Shown here piece by piece: positions 29,001 to 32,000 of a stretch of DNA of 32,000 bases (the stretch's first letter is position 1; the number at the start of each line of letters is the position of its first letter). The position numbers and the translations under genes are program-made. Location: positions 600,001 to 632,000 of the forward strand of contig CP002278.1 of assembly GCA_000166095.1 (NCBI GenBank), in the 5' to 3' direction. This DNA comes from Methanothermus fervidus DSM 2088. GTDB taxonomy: Archaea; Methanobacteriota; Methanobacteria; DSM-2088; Methanothermaceae. A model generated the notes under the pieces. The model was not told where the DNA came from and searched no databases. It saw nothing but the letters and a program-made list of their open reading frames with translations.

Positions 29001-29442
29001 CTGCTCTTTTCTCTATTATACCTTCTTCATTGTCAAACACAAGGAATTTATGTTCGGGCGTTGTTTTTATTTTATTTCCATTTTCTAAGTGAAGTTCAAC
29101 TAATGGATCTGTCTTCTTTAATTTCCATAGATGCGTTACTTTCCCTTTTACAATTTTATTTTCTTTTTTATCTAAGCTACTTACATGTATTCCAAATCCA
29201 TCAACGTCTATTACTTTTTCATTTTTTTCTTCTTTGATGATCCTTCCCTTATTTTCAAATTTTTTAAATAATTCTGATGCCTTAACATTTTCCCCTGTTG
29301 CAAGAGATATTAAACTGTCTCCTGATACACATTTACCATGATCGATGTGAGCAACTATTCCAATGTTTCTAATATTATCTGGTTTATGCATTAATTCTTT
29401 GATTTTATTAATCATTTTAGCACGTCTACTCAAAATAATCAC
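26005..29442 (-). CDS. fusA: Translation elongation factor EF-2 (aEF2) interrupted by an intein in the P-loop
   Basis: The extein reads AHIDHGK|...|[12 protein letters not shown], then [13 protein letters not shown] and the diphthamide-site region [15 protein letters not shown]. Removing the 412-aa insert from the 1145 aa leaves 733 aa, normal aEF2 size. GTG start is 1 nt after the rps7 stop. Confidence 0.95.
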   Translation of the reverse strand: MIILSRRAKMINKIKELMHKPDNIRNIGIVAHIDHGKCVSGDSLISLATGENVKASELFKKFENKGRIIKEEKNEKVIDVDGFGIHVSSLDKKENKIVKGKVTHLWKLKKTDPLVELHLENGNKIKTTPEHKFLVFDNEEGIIEKRADKIKKGDYIVVARKLYHEDLTNEELKKKIIEILSKDEGFIACVNGDTCKLSFLKDKRYDNIEWISHEELFSDGEKLRLPDSTEEFTKFYYLAGIVKAGGNTKLKNISIFKKVVDTLFTWKFIETSPKKYISSFIRGYVDTRGIVKNNGIYISSDNEFIKRLQLLLYKFDIASINENNGTLCITGKSSLTRFKKIGFSDINKKKEFNKLLKKNIDSKIDHIPVSREISEIINEDKTSISKHELRNIFNNLESKNVKDLEPLVCDDVSYVKVKKINRINDEKYVYDLTVEKYHNFVANGVIVHNTTLSDNLLAGAGMISAELAGEQLFLDFDEQEQARGITIDAANISMVHKYNNEEYLINLIDTPGHVDFGGDVTRAMRAVDGAIVVVCAVEGVMPQTETVLRQALRENVKPILFINKVDRLINELKLSPEELQQRFVKIITDVNKLIRNMAPKEFKNKWQVRVEDGSVAFGSAYYKWAINVPMMKKTGINFNDIIRYCKEGKQDELAKKVPLHKVVLEMVVKHLPSPKEAQKYRVPKIWSGDIESEEGQAMLNTDPEGPLAIMVTDVRIDKHAGEIATGRIYSGTIKKGKEVYLVSSQSKSRVQQVGVYMGPERLNTEEVPAGNIVAITGVKNALAGETICDSERKIKAFESLEHISEPVVTVAVEAKNTKDLPKLIEVLRQMAKEDPTISVEINEETGEHLVSGMGELHLEVIAHRIKEKGVDIETSEPIVVYRETVTGEAGPVEGKSPNKHNRFYITVEPLEESVFNAIAEGKIKEGQVRGKEMTKKFIEAGLDKDEAKRVWDVYEKNLFINMTRGIQYLDEVRELLIKGFREAMDKGPLANEKIMGIKVKLVDAKIHEDPVHRGPAQVMPAVRRAIYAAMMMADPILLEPIQKVFINVPHDYMGNATRELQNRRGQIVNMNQEGDIMLIEAIVPVAEMFGFAGAIRSATEGRCLWSTENAGFKKLPDELQEKVIKEIRTRKGLSPEPFDADHYLQ
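28096..29331 (-). mobile_element. Intein (412 aa) with LAGLIDADG-like homing-endonuclease domain, inserted between Lys37 and Thr of the GxxxxGK|T P-loop
   Basis: It starts with Cys ([10 protein letters not shown], block A) and has block [11 protein letters not shown] (TxxH). C-terminal blocks F/G are [22 protein letters not shown], followed by +1 Thr. The central motifs are [11 protein letters not shown] and [10 protein letters not shown]. Confidence 0.9.
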
Positions 29443-29443
29443 C

Positions 29444-30001
29444 TTATCTAGCAGATCTTGCTATTCTTTCTTTTTCTTCTTTTTTCTGTACAGCAAAACT
29501 TCTTGTGTCATTATTGGCAGCTAAAATTATTTCATCTGCTAAACATTCTTCAATGGATTTTTTACTTTTAAATGATGATTGTAATGCACCTTTAGCAATG
29601 AACATTAAAGCTAAATCTAATCTTCTTTGAGGAGCGACGTCTACAGCTACTTGATAAGCTATACCTCCATATTTAACTCTTGTTGTTTCTTCTCGAGGAG
29701 CAGAATTTTCAATTGCATCTACGAGTACCTGTATTGGATTCTTTTTTGTTCTCTTTTCTATTATTTCAAAAGCTTTCTTAACGATATTGTATGCTTTATT
29801 TTTTTTACCTGTGTTTCTAGCGGTTCTCATCATTTTATTTATTAATCTTTCAACTATTGGAACTTCAGCTTTTCCAAATCGTTTCTTAGCATGTCTTCCC
29901 ATTGTATGTGGAACCAAAACTTTTTTTAATGATATATATCTAGCTAATCCCATATCTCTCACTTTAACTTCCTTAGGATCCCATCTTTCATATAGAAACA
30001 T
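29444..30001 (-). CDS. rps7: 30S ribosomal protein S7 (uS7)
   Basis: Motifs [21 protein letters not shown] and [24 protein letters not shown], in the conserved position after S12. Confidence 0.95.
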   Translation of the reverse strand: MFLYERWDPKEVKVRDMGLARYISLKKVLVPHTMGRHAKKRFGKAEVPIVERLINKMMRTARNTGKKNKAYNIVKKAFEIIEKRTKKNPIQVLVDAIENSAPREETTRVKYGGIAYQVAVDVAPQRRLDLALMFIAKGALQSSFKSKKSIEECLADEIILAANNDTRSFAVQKKEEKERIARSAR

Positions 30002-30006
30002 CTTAA

Positions 30007-30432
30007 TTACCTCACTGGTTTTTCTTTTCTACCTCTAACTAATTCTTGCAATGAAACTCCATTGACTTTAACGACTTTCCATCTTACTCCAGGTATATCA
30101 CCCATCGCTCTTCCTTCTGGTCCTCCTATTCCTTCCACTATCACCTCATCATGTTCATCTATGTAATTGATAGCACCGTCACCTGGAGCAAAAGCTGTTA
30201 TTTGTTTTCCATTTTTGATTAGCTGCACTCTTACACATTTCCTAATAGCTGAGTTTGGCTGTTTTGCTTCAATTCCTACTTTTTCGATGACAATGCCTCT
30301 TGCTTGAGGTGCCCCCTCTAAAGGATCTGCTTTAACATCTAAACGTAACATCCTTCTCTTATAATGTTTATCTTTCCATCTAAATTTTTTTCTGTTTGCT
30401 TTGAGTTTTCTGGCTGCAAATAGCCCTGGCAT
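30007..30432 (-). CDS. rps12: 30S ribosomal protein S12 (uS12)
   Basis: Motifs [47 protein letters not shown]. Confidence 0.95.
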   Translation of the reverse strand: MPGLFAARKLKANRKKFRWKDKHYKRRMLRLDVKADPLEGAPQARGIVIEKVGIEAKQPNSAIRKCVRVQLIKNGKQITAFAPGDGAINYIDEHDEVIVEGIGGPEGRAMGDIPGVRWKVVKVNGVSLQELVRGRKEKPVR

Positions 30433-30443
30433 TTTTACTCCTC

Positions 30444-30875
30444 CTATTTCACTATTATGTTACTTATGTTGTGATGTCTCTTTGCCAGTATTTTAGCTCT
30501 TTTAATATTTTGGCCACCTTTACCTATTATAATTCTTTTGTTTCTTGCATCGGCCTTAACTGTAGCTATTTTTTCACCATTTTCTTTTTGTAAAATTCTT
30601 ATACTTTTTAATTTAGCGGGAGATAAGATGTTTGAAATAAATTCCACTGGATCGTCAGAATGTTCTAAAACTTCGACACCTTTATCTAAGGTTTTCCTAA
30701 CTTTAGCTATAGTACTACCTCTTCTACCTATTGCTAATCCCATATCTCCTTTTTTTACTAAAAACGTTACTTTTCCACGTTTTTCATCTATAATACAATC
30801 TTTTACTGCAGCACCAGTTAGGCTTTCAAACAAGGCTATATATCTTATTTCATCTGTTGTGAATTTTATTGTCAC
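30444..30875 (-). CDS. nusA: Archaeal NusA-like transcription termination/antitermination protein (two KH domains)
   Basis: 143 aa with KH GxxG motifs AIGRRGSTI and IGKGGQNI. It sits in the conserved position between L30e and S12. Confidence 0.9.
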   Translation of the reverse strand: MTIKFTTDEIRYIALFESLTGAAVKDCIIDEKRGKVTFLVKKGDMGLAIGRRGSTIAKVRKTLDKGVEVLEHSDDPVEFISNILSPAKLKSIRILQKENGEKIATVKADARNKRIIIGKGGQNIKRAKILAKRHHNISNIIVK

Positions 30876-30879
30876 GTGT

Positions 30880-31176
30880 TTACCCCACCATTTCTAGTAT
30901 TGGTGAATCACCAGGATCTTTAATAAGTAAAGCTGCAACAGTAAATGGTTTACCACATACAGCACCTAACTTTACACTACTTCCATTATATATGTATACA
31001 GGTATATTTGAAAGTTTTGCATAATATTTTACATCTTCCATGATTTCATCTGGTGCATTTTTAGCAACTATAACTAATTTACCTTTACCTAATTTTAAGT
31101 TTCTTATTGTTTCCTTAGATCCTAATATCACTTTTCCTGTATCTACCGCCATTCTTATGGATTTTTCGACGTCCAT
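30880..31176 (-). CDS. rpl30e: 50S ribosomal protein L30e (eL30)
   Basis: 98 aa with [29 protein letters not shown]...[11 protein letters not shown]. Confidence 0.9.
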   Translation of the reverse strand: MDVEKSIRMAVDTGKVILGSKETIRNLKLGKGKLVIVAKNAPDEIMEDVKYYAKLSNIPVYIYNGSSVKLGAVCGKPFTVAALLIKDPGDSPILEMVG

Positions 31177-32000
31177 TTATTTCCTCCTTCCATAATTCTT
31201 TTTCATTACTACTTTAATAGATCCTGTACCTAATGGTATAGGTTGCCCAACAATTACATTTTCAGTTATACCTGCAAGACGGTCCTTTTCTCCCCGCATA
31301 CTTGCTTGAAGTAGATGTTTACTAGTTTCCTCAAATGCAGCTCTTGCAAGTACACTTGCTTTTTCACCACTCACACCATGTCTACCAATTGGTTTAATAG
31401 TGCCGTCTGATGTCATTAAATCTGCCACTAACATTATATGTCTAATATCCACAGTTAAACCTTGTTCCTCTAGTGTGTTCTTTGCTTCCCTTATTATTGC
31501 ATTTCTTGCAGCTTCAATTCCCAATACTTTCTCAATTTCATGTATGTCATTTGTGGTTGTTCTAGTTTTGTCCACGCCATCCATTTTCAAAATTTTAGAA
31601 AGATTAGATCCCTCAGTAACTACTACAAATTCATCTTCTTCTTTTCTTATAACTGCCTTAGTAATATCTTTTATACCGCTTACATGTAATTTTCTAACTT
31701 TATCTGCAAGTAATCTTAAACTTCTTATTGTAGCTTGTCTGGGCTTAAATTTCAATTTATTTCCATTTATTTCTACATCTTTAAATGTCTTTTTTATTTT
31801 TTCCATTATTTTTTTATAATCTAATCCTCTATCTTTTATTTTTTCTTCATCTATTTCTGCATTTACACACATTTCAATATAATCAACACTAAAGTTCTTT
31901 AATACATCCTCAAGGTTTGTTCTGATAATATTGTTACTGAAATTCTTTACAAATTCTTCATCATTTTTCTTATCATCTTCAAAATAAATTGTCATTATAG
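31177..32000 (-). CDS. rpoA2: DNA-directed RNA polymerase subunit A'' (5' end beyond window edge)
   Basis: The C-terminal region is LGIEAARNAIIREAKNTLEEQGLTVDIRHIMLVADLMT...GRHGVSGEKASVLARAAFEET...GITENVIVGQPIPLGTG. The frame stays open upstream of the ATG at 31995 to the window end, and 272 aa is too short for A''. Confidence 0.9.
   Translation of the reverse strand, partial: IMTIYFEDDKKNDEEFVKNFSNNIIRTNLEDVLKNFSVDYIEMCVNAEIDEEKIKDRGLDYKKIMEKIKKTFKDVEINGNKLKFKPRQATIRSLRLLADKVRKLHVSGIKDITKAVIRKEEDEFVVVTEGSNLSKILKMDGVDKTRTTTNDIHEIEKVLGIEAARNAIIREAKNTLEEQGLTVDIRHIMLVADLMTSDGTIKPIGRHGVSGEKASVLARAAFEETSKHLLQASMRGEKDRLAGITENVIVGQPIPLGTGSIKVVMKKNYGRRK

Noticed and set aside
26005-29442. The 1145-aa EF-2 ORF as a gene fusion, assembly artefact or EF-2 with a novel N-terminal domain.
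   Set aside because: The extra 412 aa begin with Cys, end with HN followed by Thr, and contain a TxxH block. Their removal exactly restores the P-loop GHGKTT, which is the definition of an intein.
31177-31995. rpoA2 as a complete 272-aa gene starting at ATG 31995.
   Set aside because: The reading frame remains open to the window edge and A'' subunits are about 380-400 aa, so the ATG is internal.

Overview
The window is a densely coding, visibly AT-rich archaeal (euryarchaeote-like) chromosomal segment with no transposase, integrase, CRISPR or prophage signature. Left to right it contains: the tail of an SsuC/SsuB-type ABC transporter; a small basic protein with two ribbon-helix-helix-like modules; AsnB-like amidotransferase; a TyrA with an extra C-terminal domain; AglB/STT3 oligosaccharyltransferase; and an AHAS-like ThDP enzyme. 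Next comes a nine-gene, translationally coupled operon (8753-16196) ordered like nuoA-B-CD-H-I-J-K-L-N. Then follow surE, ilvE, a DUF429-like protein, a 2x[4Fe-4S] ferredoxin, myo-inositol-1-phosphate synthase, an MBL-fold protein, DGGGP synthase, TldD/PmbA and SepCysS. Two abutting tRNA-Ser genes precede the classical archaeal str cluster on the minus strand (rpoA''-L30e-NusA-S12-S7-EF-2-EF-1alpha-S10). The most interesting item is the nuo-collinear operon. Its NuoD-like subunit keeps all four [NiFe] cysteine ligands and its NuoB-like subunit has the hydrogenase-type CxxC motif, yet its membrane arm looks complex-I-like (A/H/J/K/L/N homologues, no EFG, no M). This is a hydrogenase/complex-I hybrid architecture that needs phylogenetic placement. 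Second is a 412-aa intein splitting the P-loop (GK|T) of EF-2, with an apparently degenerate LAGLIDADG domain. Smaller observations: an exact 13-mer flanking the RHH gene, an AglB with DWSYG in place of WWDYG, a 1-nt spacer between the tRNA-Ser genes plus overlap with the SepCysS 3' end, and a TyrA with an FDX-ACB/ACT-like tail. All functional calls come from motif recognition by eye; no database search was run.
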